Assembly: GCA_038230375.1 (NCBI GenBank)
Contig: JBBRNJ010000020.1
Location: 1 to 64,000 of the forward strand
Origin: Polyangiales bacterium
GTDB lineage: Bacteria; Myxococcota_A; Polyangia; Polyangiales; Polyangiaceae
DNA: 64,000 bases
Reading direction: 5' to 3'
Shown here: piece after piece, positions 20,142 through 28,770 of the stretch
Position numbering within the stretch: position 1 is the first letter of the stretch
Layout: each line of letters starts with the position of its first letter
Position numbers and translations under genes: made by a program
Notes under the pieces: model-generated
The model's input: the letters and a program-made list of their open reading frames with translations, nothing else
Told to the model about the DNA's origin: nothing
The model's database searches: none

Positions 20142-20222
20142 CCCACCCTCGTCGTGTCACCCGTTTGGGTGAGTCCGCCTTTACGGGAACTTTCCGGCTC
20201 GCGTGGTTTCCATCTCTGCATC

Positions 20223-21593
20223 ATGGAGACACGCACTACGTCTGCTTCGCCTTCGCGCGAGCCGGGCCGCCTCACTGCGATGATGCGCGCGGCGCACATC
20301 CCCTCCCTTCCGCGCGTGCTGCGCGTCGGCCTCGTGGCCGCAGGCAAGGTGACGCACGAGCACACGTGTGAGTCGTTCCCTGTCACGCTGGGCGGGGACG
20401 AGAGTGCGAGCCTGGTCGTTCGCGGAATGCGCGGCAGACACACGCTCTTTGCCATGACCAACGGCGTGCTCTCGCTCTGCCTCCTGCCGGGAATGAGCGG
20501 GCGCATGGTGACGGAGCTGGGCCTCACGGACCTTGGCCTGCTCGCGCGTGACAGCGCGCGCCTGCCGGTCTCCACGCACGCGCGCGGCCGCATAGACTTC
20601 GAGGGAACCCGCATCCTGTTCCAGTTCGTGGAGCGCCCGATCCCCTCGGCCACCCCGCGCTTGCCGCTCGCCGTGAAGACGGGTCCGCAGATCGACTGGA
20701 CGCTCGCGATGATCTGCGCAATGAGCTTCCTGCTGCATTTCGGCTTCCTGGGCGCGATGTACTCGGACTGGGCCGATCCGATCGTCCGTGACGATCTGAT
20801 GGTCGGCACGCTGGTGGACATGGATCGCCTGCCGCAAAACCCGGCGGTCGAGGTGCCGGACGAGCCGCAGAAGCCCGCGTCGCAGACGGACGCGAAGCAC
20901 ACGGATGCGCAGAAGCCCGATCCGAAGGCGAGCAACGACGTGACGCGCACGGCGCAGAACCCCGAAAAGCCCGCGAGCAACTCGAAGAGCGATCCTTCGC
21001 TGATGGCAAGCCGCGCAGACGGCATGATGATGGCCATTCTCACGGCGCAGTCGGAGAGCGCGCCCTCGACCGAGCTCGCGCTGCGTCGCTCGGAGATCCC
21101 CGCGATCGATCTGGGCAAGGCAGACGGCAACGTGCGCGCCGACAACAGCGATCTCACGTTCCGCTCGCAGGTGCCCATCGCCCCAGGTCAGAAGCACGAC
21201 ATCACCACGCTCGGGGACACGCACGCCACCGCCTCCAACGTGACGCCAGGCCAGCCGCGCGACGTCGCCGTCCCCTTCACCATGGACCTGCCTCCCTCGT
21301 TCTCCACCGTGCGCGTCTCCAACGCCGACCGCGTCATCGCAGAGCTGCGTCCCAAGTTCCGCAAGTGCTACACCGACGGCCTGGCAAAGGACTCCTCGCA
21401 GCAAGGCGCGCTCACCGTGCGCGTCAAGATCGCACCCACGGGCGAGGTCGCAGGCGTCACCATCCAGTCCAACACGGGCCTCTCACCCGAGGTCGCCGCC
21501 TGCGTGAGCAAGCGCCTGCAAAACGCCCAGTTCGACGCGCCAGGCGGCACAGGTTCCAACCTCGACGTCCCCGTCAAATTCGTCCACCAGTGA
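20223..21593 (+). CDS. AgmX/PglI (GltG-like) protein: FHA-like N-domain, TM helix, TonB-like C-domain
   Basis: LRVGLV N-domain; SFLLHFGF TM; C-terminal FRKCY..GL...GALTVRVKI...G.V...VAACV. Confidence 0.75.
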   Translation: METRTTSASPSREPGRLTAMMRAAHIPSLPRVLRVGLVAAGKVTHEHTCESFPVTLGGDESASLVVRGMRGRHTLFAMTNGVLSLCLLPGMSGRMVTELGLTDLGLLARDSARLPVSTHARGRIDFEGTRILFQFVERPIPSATPRLPLAVKTGPQIDWTLAMICAMSFLLHFGFLGAMYSDWADPIVRDDLMVGTLVDMDRLPQNPAVEVPDEPQKPASQTDAKHTDAQKPDPKASNDVTRTAQNPEKPASNSKSDPSLMASRADGMMMAILTAQSESAPSTELALRRSEIPAIDLGKADGNVRADNSDLTFRSQVPIAPGQKHDITTLGDTHATASNVTPGQPRDVAVPFTMDLPPSFSTVRVSNADRVIAELRPKFRKCYTDGLAKDSSQQGALTVRVKIAPTGEVAGVTIQSNTGLSPEVAACVSKRLQNAQFDAPGGTGSNLDVPVKFVHQ

Positions 21594-21622
21594 GCTGAGC
21601 ACCACGCCGCGCGGGCGCGAGC

Positions 21623-23053
21623 TCAGAGGGTGATCTTCTTCCAGGTTCCCGTTCGGAACTTCACCGTCATCACCACGGCGGCGGTGCAGATGTAGACGGC
21701 GGCTCCCATCCACATGCCCATGAGGCCCTGGTTCATGAAGAGCGCCAGCACGTAGGCGAGCGGGACCAGCACGAAGAACACGAGCACGAACTGCGCGATC
21801 GCCACGAACGTGGGTGTGCCCGCTCCGAAGAGGGCCTCCGTGAGGATCATCGCGACCGCGATCACGGGCGTGAGGACACCCATGAGGCGCATCGGCCCCA
21901 TCATCGCTTCCTTCACCGCATCCGAGTGCGAGATGACGCCGACAATCTGCGGCGTGAAGAGCACGCCCTCGCACAGACCGACAACGCCGAACACGACCAG
22001 CCCGAGCCGCACGCTCGCCCAGCCGAATTTCTGCGCCTCCTCGGGGAGCTTTGCGCCAAGGCTCTGCGCCACCAGCGTGGCCGTGGCCGTGCCGAACGCG
22101 ATGCACGCCGTGAACGTGAGCTTCATCAGCGCGACGATGTTGGTCGTGGCCGCGCCGTTCACTGCCTCCGACATGGCGGTGGCGGCGGCACCGTGAAGCG
22201 CTGCCTTGTCCAGGCGACCTGCGACGCTCGAGAACATGCCGAAGCCGAGCATCATCACGATGGTCGCAAACCCGGCCGGGATGCTGAGCTTCAGGATGTC
22301 CCACGTGAGCGCACGCGACAGGTTGGAGAGGCGGATGGGCTGGAAGCGCTTGCGCTCACGCGACGCGAAGAAGAGCATGATCCCCAGGCCGATCCACGTG
22401 GCGACCAGCGCCGAGAGGCCCGCGCCAGGAGCGCCCATGCGCGGCGCGCCGAAGTGCCCGAAGATGAGCGTGTAGCAGAGGATGACGTTCACGACGTTCA
22501 TCAGGAGCGACGCCACGAAGTGGACGTACGTCTTGCTGATCCCGTCGAAGAAGGACTTCACCGCCATCGTCATGGACATGGACACCACGCCGAGCAGCCG
22601 GTAGCGCGAGTACTCGTATGCGATCGCCTGCGCCTCCGGGTTGCCCGGGATCATCGCGTTGATGAGCTTCTTGATCGTGAACGCGCCGATGATCGAGAAG
22701 GCCACGCCCGCGACCAGGCAGAAGAACGCGGAGTTCGCGAGCACCTTGCCAGCCGCTTCGTTGTCGTGCTCCGCATAGCGGCGGCCCACCAGTGCCTGCG
22801 TCCCCACGCTGATGGCGGAGAGCGAACCGCCGAAGAGCCACACGATGATGAGCGACGGCAAGAGCGCGGCCTGCGCGTTGGAGGACTCGGGGTAGGGCAG
22901 GTGAGAGAAGAAGACGACGTCGATCTCGTTCACGGCGCTCTGGAAGAGCATCGCGAACACCGTTGGCGCCGCGAGGCTCAGGATCGTCCAGTAGGGAGGG
23001 CCCTTGAGGATGCCGAGATCGACCTTGCCGTGGGTAGCCGTGGCAGACGCCAT
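21623..23053 (-). CDS. MATE family efflux transporter
   Basis: ILSLAAP, NVILCYTLIFG.FG.P.MG..GAG, ILKLSIP; about 12 TM helices. Confidence 0.92.
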   Translation of the reverse strand: MASATATHGKVDLGILKGPPYWTILSLAAPTVFAMLFQSAVNEIDVVFFSHLPYPESSNAQAALLPSLIIVWLFGGSLSAISVGTQALVGRRYAEHDNEAAGKVLANSAFFCLVAGVAFSIIGAFTIKKLINAMIPGNPEAQAIAYEYSRYRLLGVVSMSMTMAVKSFFDGISKTYVHFVASLLMNVVNVILCYTLIFGHFGAPRMGAPGAGLSALVATWIGLGIMLFFASRERKRFQPIRLSNLSRALTWDILKLSIPAGFATIVMMLGFGMFSSVAGRLDKAALHGAAATAMSEAVNGAATTNIVALMKLTFTACIAFGTATATLVAQSLGAKLPEEAQKFGWASVRLGLVVFGVVGLCEGVLFTPQIVGVISHSDAVKEAMMGPMRLMGVLTPVIAVAMILTEALFGAGTPTFVAIAQFVLVFFVLVPLAYVLALFMNQGLMGMWMGAAVYICTAAVVMTVKFRTGTWKKITL

Positions 23054-23190
23054 CTTGAAACGGTAAGTAGCTATGCCAGGTTCGCCACGATGACAAGCAA
23101 CCCGTGCGTTTTTAGCCTCTCCGCGCAACGTGGTCTAACGTGGCGGGCGTGATCCGGAACAAACAACACCCCGAGTTCGTTGCACGTCAC

Positions 23191-24039
23191 GTGAGCCACC
23201 CCGATCGACCGCCGGCAACGTTTGCGCGTGTGCTTGCGCTCGCGCTGCTGCCGTTGTCGCTCGCGCAATGCGGCGTCTTCGTCCAGCAGAAGGAGTACGA
23301 CACGCTCGCGGAGCGCACTGCGCAGATGGAGAAGCGCGCCGCCGCGGACCGCGCGGAGATGGCGGCGCTACGCGCGGACCTGACCGCCTCGCGCGAGCGC
23401 ATGGAGAACGCGCTCAAGGCCAACGCGGAGAACGGCAGCGAGGTCTTCACGTCCAAGCAGCGCATCAACGAGGTCGCTGGCCACCTTGACGAGGTCGCTC
23501 ACGGCGTTGAAGAGACGAAGCGTGATCTTGCTGCGTCGCGCGCCGAGCTCTCGACCAAGCTGGACGAGCTCAAGAAGCAGATCCCGGCGCCAGTACCGCC
23601 CGCGCCCCCCGTGCCGGTCGCGCTCGCGATCCCGCAGGACAAGGCCGCACACCTCACCGCGCTCACCGAGGCGAAGGTGAAGAAGGACTACGCAGCGGTC
23701 CGCATCCTGGGCCCGGAGTACTTGAATCGCTACCCACACGACGACAGCGCGGACCTGGCGCTCTTCTTGGTCGCGGAGTCCGACCGCGAGGACAGCCGGC
23801 CTGCCTCCGCGCTTGGCCACTACAACCGCATGCTCAAGCTCTTTCCGCGCTCACGCCTGCTGGACAAGACACTCTACGGCATGGGCGAGGCGTACCTCAC
23901 CATGCACGACTGCGGGAACGCAAAGCTCGCGTACCAGTCGTGCGAGACGCGCTTCCGTCGCGACAAGATCGGTCAGGACGCGAAGGCGAAGCTGGACCTG
24001 ATCACGAAAGCTCCGCCTGGCTTGTGCGCGCCGGAGTGA
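23191..24039 (+). CDS. CpoB/YbgF-like coiled-coil + TPR lipoprotein
   Basis: LAQC lipobox, coiled coil, YLNRYP...ADLALF, LKLFPRS...LYGMG. Confidence 0.7.
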   Translation: MSHPDRPPATFARVLALALLPLSLAQCGVFVQQKEYDTLAERTAQMEKRAAADRAEMAALRADLTASRERMENALKANAENGSEVFTSKQRINEVAGHLDEVAHGVEETKRDLAASRAELSTKLDELKKQIPAPVPPAPPVPVALAIPQDKAAHLTALTEAKVKKDYAAVRILGPEYLNRYPHDDSADLALFLVAESDREDSRPASALGHYNRMLKLFPRSRLLDKTLYGMGEAYLTMHDCGNAKLAYQSCETRFRRDKIGQDAKAKLDLITKAPPGLCAPE

Positions 24040-24838
24040 CGTGCGCGGGTGTGACGCCAGCATCTGACGACGGGCCTGACGATGGAACGGGCGTGGAGAG
24101 CGCGGGCGACTTGCCGAGCACGCGCAGCTTCTCTGCGATGATCAGCTCACGCACGTGCTCACGCAGTGCGGCCACGTCCTCACCGAACGGCGCGACGGAC
24201 ACCGGCTCCATCACGGACACGTGGCAGTCCGCGCTCTTCTCGAGCAGGAAGCCGTGCTTGGGAAGCGTGCGCGCGGTGCCCGTGAGCGCGAGCGGGATGA
24301 CCGGCACCTGCATCTTGATCGCCAGCTTGAACGCGCCGTCCTTGAACGCCTTCACGTTGCCGTCGTCAGAGCGGGTGCCTTCGGGGAAGAGCAGCACGGG
24401 AACGCCGCGGCGCAGCCATGTCTCGCACTCCAACATCATCTTGGCGATGCTCTCCGGGTTGCCGCGAACGAGCGGCACGTAGCGGTTCAGGCTCATGTTC
24501 CAGCCAAGGAACGGCATCTTGAAGACGCTCGCCTTGCTGACCCACTTGAACGGGCGATAGAGACCGAAGAGGACGAGCACGTCTCCAAGGGACTCGTGGT
24601 TCGACACGATCACTGCGGGCCCGGTCCACGGGATGCGCGAGCGGTTCGACACGCGCAGTCGCCAGCGCGGATTGCAGTAGAAATAGAGCTGCGCCCAGAA
24701 GCACGAGAAGAGATGCTGCGCGCGACCGTTGGGGTCGAAGGGCAGCGTGACGACGAAGAGGACGACCCCAATGCCGAACATCAGCACGCACGTGGTGCAG
24801 AAGAAGAGCCAGAACGCGACACTGTAGAGAGTTCGCAT
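24002..24838 (-). CDS. 1-acyl-sn-glycerol-3-phosphate acyltransferase (PlsC family)
   Basis: SNHESLGD, FPEGTRS, FKDGAF. Confidence 0.92.
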   Translation of the reverse strand: MRTLYSVAFWLFFCTTCVLMFGIGVVLFVVTLPFDPNGRAQHLFSCFWAQLYFYCNPRWRLRVSNRSRIPWTGPAVIVSNHESLGDVLVLFGLYRPFKWVSKASVFKMPFLGWNMSLNRYVPLVRGNPESIAKMMLECETWLRRGVPVLLFPEGTRSDDGNVKAFKDGAFKLAIKMQVPVIPLALTGTARTLPKHGFLLEKSADCHVSVMEPVSVAPFGEDVAALREHVRELIIAEKLRVLGKSPALSTPVPSSGPSSDAGVTPAHVTPARTSQAELS

Positions 24839-24949
24839 GCGCGGGGCGGACCTGAACCTAGCCGAGGAATCCCCGAACGCCACCCGTGGCCCGATATTTT
24901 TCCATTGAGACGTGGCGGATGCCCCCCTCTGCGCTACAGCAAACCCGCG

Positions 24950-26641
24950 ATGCTTGGGCGGAACACATGGGGGCGGGGCGCGCTTGCGCTGCTGGGAATG
25001 GCCGTGGCTGCTGGATGCGCGACCGGCGACACCGCCACGGACGCCACCAACGGTGACGGCGTGCTTCCCGGTGACCAGCAGGACGGCGGCGCGTCAGCCA
25101 ACGACAGTGCGGGCGGCGGTGGCGGCGGTGAAGGCGGCCCGACCAAGGGCGACGGCGGCTGCATGCCGTCTGCCGTGGCTGACCCGCTCGACAACAATTT
25201 CGTGGACGAGAACTGCGACGGCACCGACGGCGTGGCCGCCGAGTGCGTGTTCGTGTCCTTGACCCTTGGCAACGACCAGAGCGGGTCCGGTGATCGCAAG
25301 GCCCCGTTCAAGAGCATCGGCGCTGCCATCGCGTACTCGGCGCTGCTCTCCAAGCCGCATCCGCTCTGCGTGTCCGGCGAGACCTACGCGGAGAACGTCA
25401 CGCTTCCCTCTGGCATCAGCCTCTACGGTGGCTTCGATCAGAAGGACCCACAGTGGAAGCGCACCGCGGCCGCCGTCACCACCATCGCCGCCACCGACAC
25501 GACCGGCGCGAACGCCGGCACTGGCATCTTGCTCGCCCACGTCGACGCAGAGACCCACATCGAGGACGTCACGCTCCAGGTGTCGCTCCCGCAGTCCGCA
25601 AAGGATGGCGCCAGCGTCTACGGCATCCGCGTCCTCGCGGGCACGGCTGCATTGTATGTACGATACAACCATTTCGTGATCGGCTTCGGTCACGACGGCA
25701 GCGACGGCGCGGACGGCGTTGCGCTCGTGGGTCGCGCGGGCGGCGGGCAGCAGGGCGGCTCTTCCTGCGGCAGCTGTGGCAGCGGCGGCTTTGGCGCTCC
25801 GCAGCCTTCGTGCAACAACCCGGGCGGCTCGGGCGGCCCTGGCGCGGTGGACACGAACAACACCGGTGGTGGCGGCAACGTCGGCGCGCTCGGCTCGGCG
25901 TATCCCGCCCTTGGTGGCGGTGGCGGTGGCGGTGGCGGCACCTCGTGCCTCTCGTCAGGCAACGCTGGTGGCGGCACGGGCGGCATCAGCGGTGTGAACG
26001 GCGCGAACGCCACGGTCGTGGGCACGGGCGGTGCTGCTCTGGGCGTAGTTGCAAACGGGCTCTACGTCCCTGCAGGCGGTAACAACGGAGCAGACGGCGT
26101 GAATGGCGGCGGCGGTGGTGGTGGTGGCGGCGGAGGCGGCACCGCGACGGGCTGGCCATTCTGCGACGCAAGCGGCGGCGCCGGCGGCGGCTCCGGTGGC
26201 TGCGGCGGCACCGCAGGCAAGGCCGGCGGCGGCGGCAAGGGTGGCGGCGGTAGCTTCGGCGTGTTCGCGCTCGGCGGCAACCTGGTCGTGGACGCAAACG
26301 CGTTTGCTGTCGGACGTGGTGGCGCGGGCGGCAAGGGCGGCAAGAGCAGCACGGGTCAGCAAGGTGGCGTGGGCGGCCCCGCGGGACCGCACAACGGTGG
26401 CGCGGGTGGCAACGGCGGGAACGGCGGCGACGGCGGGAACGGTGGAAGCGGCACGCCAGGTGGCGGCGGTACCGGTGGTCCATCCGCGTTCGTCGCAACA
26501 CCAGGCAACGTGGTCGTGAAGGAATCGAACAGCATGGGCGCGCGCGGCGGTGGCGGCGCAGGTGGCGCGGGCGGCGTCGGCACCGTGGCGGGCGCAGCGG
26601 GCGCAGTCGGCAAAGAGGCTCCGGTCCTCAGCTTCAACTAG
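24950..26641 (+). CDS. Gly-rich (PE-PGRS-like) surface lipoprotein with a DxNCDG motif and a DUF1565-like domain
   Basis: AAGC lipobox; DENCDGTDG; GND..SG...APFKSIGAAI; long GGxGG tracts. Confidence 0.8.
   Translation: MLGRNTWGRGALALLGMAVAAGCATGDTATDATNGDGVLPGDQQDGGASANDSAGGGGGGEGGPTKGDGGCMPSAVADPLDNNFVDENCDGTDGVAAECVFVSLTLGNDQSGSGDRKAPFKSIGAAIAYSALLSKPHPLCVSGETYAENVTLPSGISLYGGFDQKDPQWKRTAAAVTTIAATDTTGANAGTGILLAHVDAETHIEDVTLQVSLPQSAKDGASVYGIRVLAGTAALYVRYNHFVIGFGHDGSDGADGVALVGRAGGGQQGGSSCGSCGSGGFGAPQPSCNNPGGSGGPGAVDTNNTGGGGNVGALGSAYPALGGGGGGGGGTSCLSSGNAGGGTGGISGVNGANATVVGTGGAALGVVANGLYVPAGGNNGADGVNGGGGGGGGGGGGTATGWPFCDASGGAGGGSGGCGGTAGKAGGGGKGGGGSFGVFALGGNLVVDANAFAVGRGGAGGKGGKSSTGQQGGVGGPAGPHNGGAGGNGGNGGDGGNGGSGTPGGGGTGGPSAFVATPGNVVVKESNSMGARGGGGAGGAGGVGTVAGAAGAVGKEAPVLSFN
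25656..25668. promoter_or_regulatory. TGYA-N3-TRCA palindrome site
   Basis: attgtATGTACGATACAAccatt. Confidence 0.6.
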
Positions 26642-26661
26642 CGCGGGCGTGCGCGGCGCTG

Positions 26662-27430
26662 TCAGGGGCTCCCGCTGATGACCACATTGTCGACGACGAC
26701 CTGGGCTGCGCCAAGCCCCTTCGCTCCCAGTACAAGCTGGAAGTTGGCCGGGACGACCACGCTGGTCGAGGCAACGTGCGCGTTGTCCAGGTAGCAGTCG
26801 ACCTGGTTGGTGCCGAGCCCCGTGATCCGTACGCGCCCAACGCCGCCGAGATTGTTGCTCGAGAAGGTGAGACACCGGACGTCCGCGCCAGCGATGGCGA
26901 AGAGCTCGAGGACGTCGACGTTGGCGCCAAACCCCGCCCGCGCGAGCACGAGTGAGGTGGGGGTCACGGACGAAGCCTGATAGTCGAAGGCGATGCTCAC
27001 GCCGTTCGAGCCGACGGATATGGGGATGCTCCTCAGGTATACATCGGCCTGCGTCGATCTGGACCGACATCGCGCTTGGTGACGAGCCCCCGAGAAATGT
27101 TGGCCTCAGGGTGATCAGGCCACCATCGTCCGATGCGGAGGCCCATCCCGCGTCGTGGTCAGGCTCATCGAAATCATCGCAGAAGATGGCCAGGCCAGCG
27201 TCTGCGCAAAAGCTGGTACCGGGAAATTTGTTCGGACGGGGGCCACTGTCTGGCGTGACGATCTGACTGCCGTCGACGTCCGCGTTCCCAGCGTCGGCGC
27301 CGGCGTCCGACGGTGACGGTGACGGCGACGGCGACGGCGAGCTATCGCTTCCTCCGAACGCGCTGCAAGCGCCAACGGCGGCCACCACCGCCGTGCCAAC
27401 AAGGTAGAGCGCACTCCTGCTTGATCGCAT
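26662..27430 (-). pseudogene. Lipoprotein (FCDDFD beta-domain) split by a frameshift near 27045
   Basis: The N-part MRSS...VGAC...FCDDFD...SVQIDAG continues in another frame as ADVYLRSIPISVGSNGVSIAFDY...VVDNVVISGSP. Confidence 0.7.
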
Positions 27431-27436
27431 GACCGT

Positions 27437-27964
27437 CTATGCCGCTGGCGTGCGCGTGGTGGCGGAGACGGAGGTGTTGTCATCCACATAGACGGCGCCA
27501 CCGCAGACCGTGACCGCGTAGTGCGGGAGAGGGGCCATCGCCGGTCCCTGGAGGACCGCGCCGTTGCCGTCGAACTTGGAGCCGTGGCAAGCACAGAAGG
27601 TGGAGCCGTCCGCGATGGGCGCGTTCACGAGGCAACCAGAATGCGTGCATATTGCACTGAATGCGAAGAACCCCATCGCATCCTGCGCGATGATGTAGCT
27701 GTTCTTCTTCTTCCACGTGCCCAGCGGATAGCTCGCAACGGTCCCCTCGTTGGTGCCAGCAGGCGTGGTGGCGCATGCGGTGCCGCCTTCGTCCGCGCCC
27801 GCGTCGCCCGCGCTACCTCCGTCCGGCTCCACGTGCGCGACGGTGGTCGAGCTGCATGCCGCCGCGGTCAGGCCAGCAAGCGCGCCGAGCACCTGCCGGC
27901 GGGTCATGCAGCCGTCAGCCTCGGGCGGGCATTCGGCGGAGGGGGCAAAGGGAAGCTTTCGCAT
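27437..27964 (-). CDS. Rieske [2Fe-2S] protein with a Tat-type lipoprotein signal
   Basis: TRRQVL...AAC; CTHSGC and CACHGSKFD. Confidence 0.9.
   Translation of the reverse strand: MRKLPFAPSAECPPEADGCMTRRQVLGALAGLTAAACSSTTVAHVEPDGGSAGDAGADEGGTACATTPAGTNEGTVASYPLGTWKKKNSYIIAQDAMGFFAFSAICTHSGCLVNAPIADGSTFCACHGSKFDGNGAVLQGPAMAPLPHYAVTVCGGAVYVDDNTSVSATTRTPAA
27645..27657. promoter_or_regulatory. TGYA-N3-TRCA palindrome site (Rieske gene)
   Basis: aatgcGTGCATATTGCAC; identical 13-mer at 41895. Confidence 0.7.
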
Positions 27965-28028
27965 GGAAGGGATCTCCTCCGCCCGAGCGTACCTCAGCGC
28001 GACGCGCAGGCCGAGCCCGCATGATAGG

Positions 28029-28769
28029 ATGATTCAAATGCAGACATGGCTCCGTGCATTGCTCGTCGCCACCACCATCGGAGCGGGTGCGGGCGCCGCG
28101 CTCTTTGCGTGCAGCAACGGCGAGTCGAGTGTGGGTGACGCCACGAGCGACGCCGGCAAGAGCGAGGGCGGCGGAGCGGCTGATGGCGGAACCGACCCGA
28201 CCGCGGACGGCGGCAATACGCAGGGCGTGGACGGCAGCTTCGACATCTGCGTCAAGACGGCCGAGTACGAGGTTGGCTGTGGGCGCGGCGCGAACCTCAC
28301 CTGCGGCGACGCCGGCTTCGCCCAGTGGTGCGCTCTCAACGACGTGGCGATCAACAGCATGCAGTTCGATCGCGCGGAGCTCGCTTGCTCCACCCAGGCG
28401 AACTGCGATCCGAAGAAGCGCCACGACTGCGACTACCGCGCATACAACAACGACACGCTCGATCAAGCGCAGACGGACCTTCTCCTTGCATACTGCAACA
28501 CGTGCGAGCCCGCCGACGTGGGCGGCTGCACGGTTCGACAAGCCTTCTACAACCCTGACGCCGGGCCGAACAGCGTGAGCGACACATTCATCGCTGTCCT
28601 CGAGCTGTCAGACTCGCTGGTCGGTCAGATCCACCAGAAGTGCACCGGCGCCGCGCTGGACGCAGGCGCGGACGCCAGCACGGACGCCGGCATCACCGCC
28701 TGCGCAAAGGCGTTCTCCAACTGCTCGGGCGGCATCTTCGTGGACGCTCTGCCCAACTGCCCGAAGTGA
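28029..28769 (+). CDS. Cys-rich lipoprotein
   Basis: LFAC lipobox, DAG/DGG linker, many Cys. Confidence 0.75.
   Translation: MIQMQTWLRALLVATTIGAGAGAALFACSNGESSVGDATSDAGKSEGGGAADGGTDPTADGGNTQGVDGSFDICVKTAEYEVGCGRGANLTCGDAGFAQWCALNDVAINSMQFDRAELACSTQANCDPKKRHDCDYRAYNNDTLDQAQTDLLLAYCNTCEPADVGGCTVRQAFYNPDAGPNSVSDTFIAVLELSDSLVGQIHQKCTGAALDAGADASTDAGITACAKAFSNCSGGIFVDALPNCPK
28486..28498. promoter_or_regulatory. TGYA-N3-TRCA palindrome site
   Basis: TTGCATACTGCAA. Confidence 0.6.
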
Positions 28770-28770
28770 G

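Noticed and set aside
20157..20172. Hairpin TCACCC-GTTT-GGGTGA after dctM as an intrinsic terminator
   Set aside because: Only a 6-bp stem and no adjacent U-tract.
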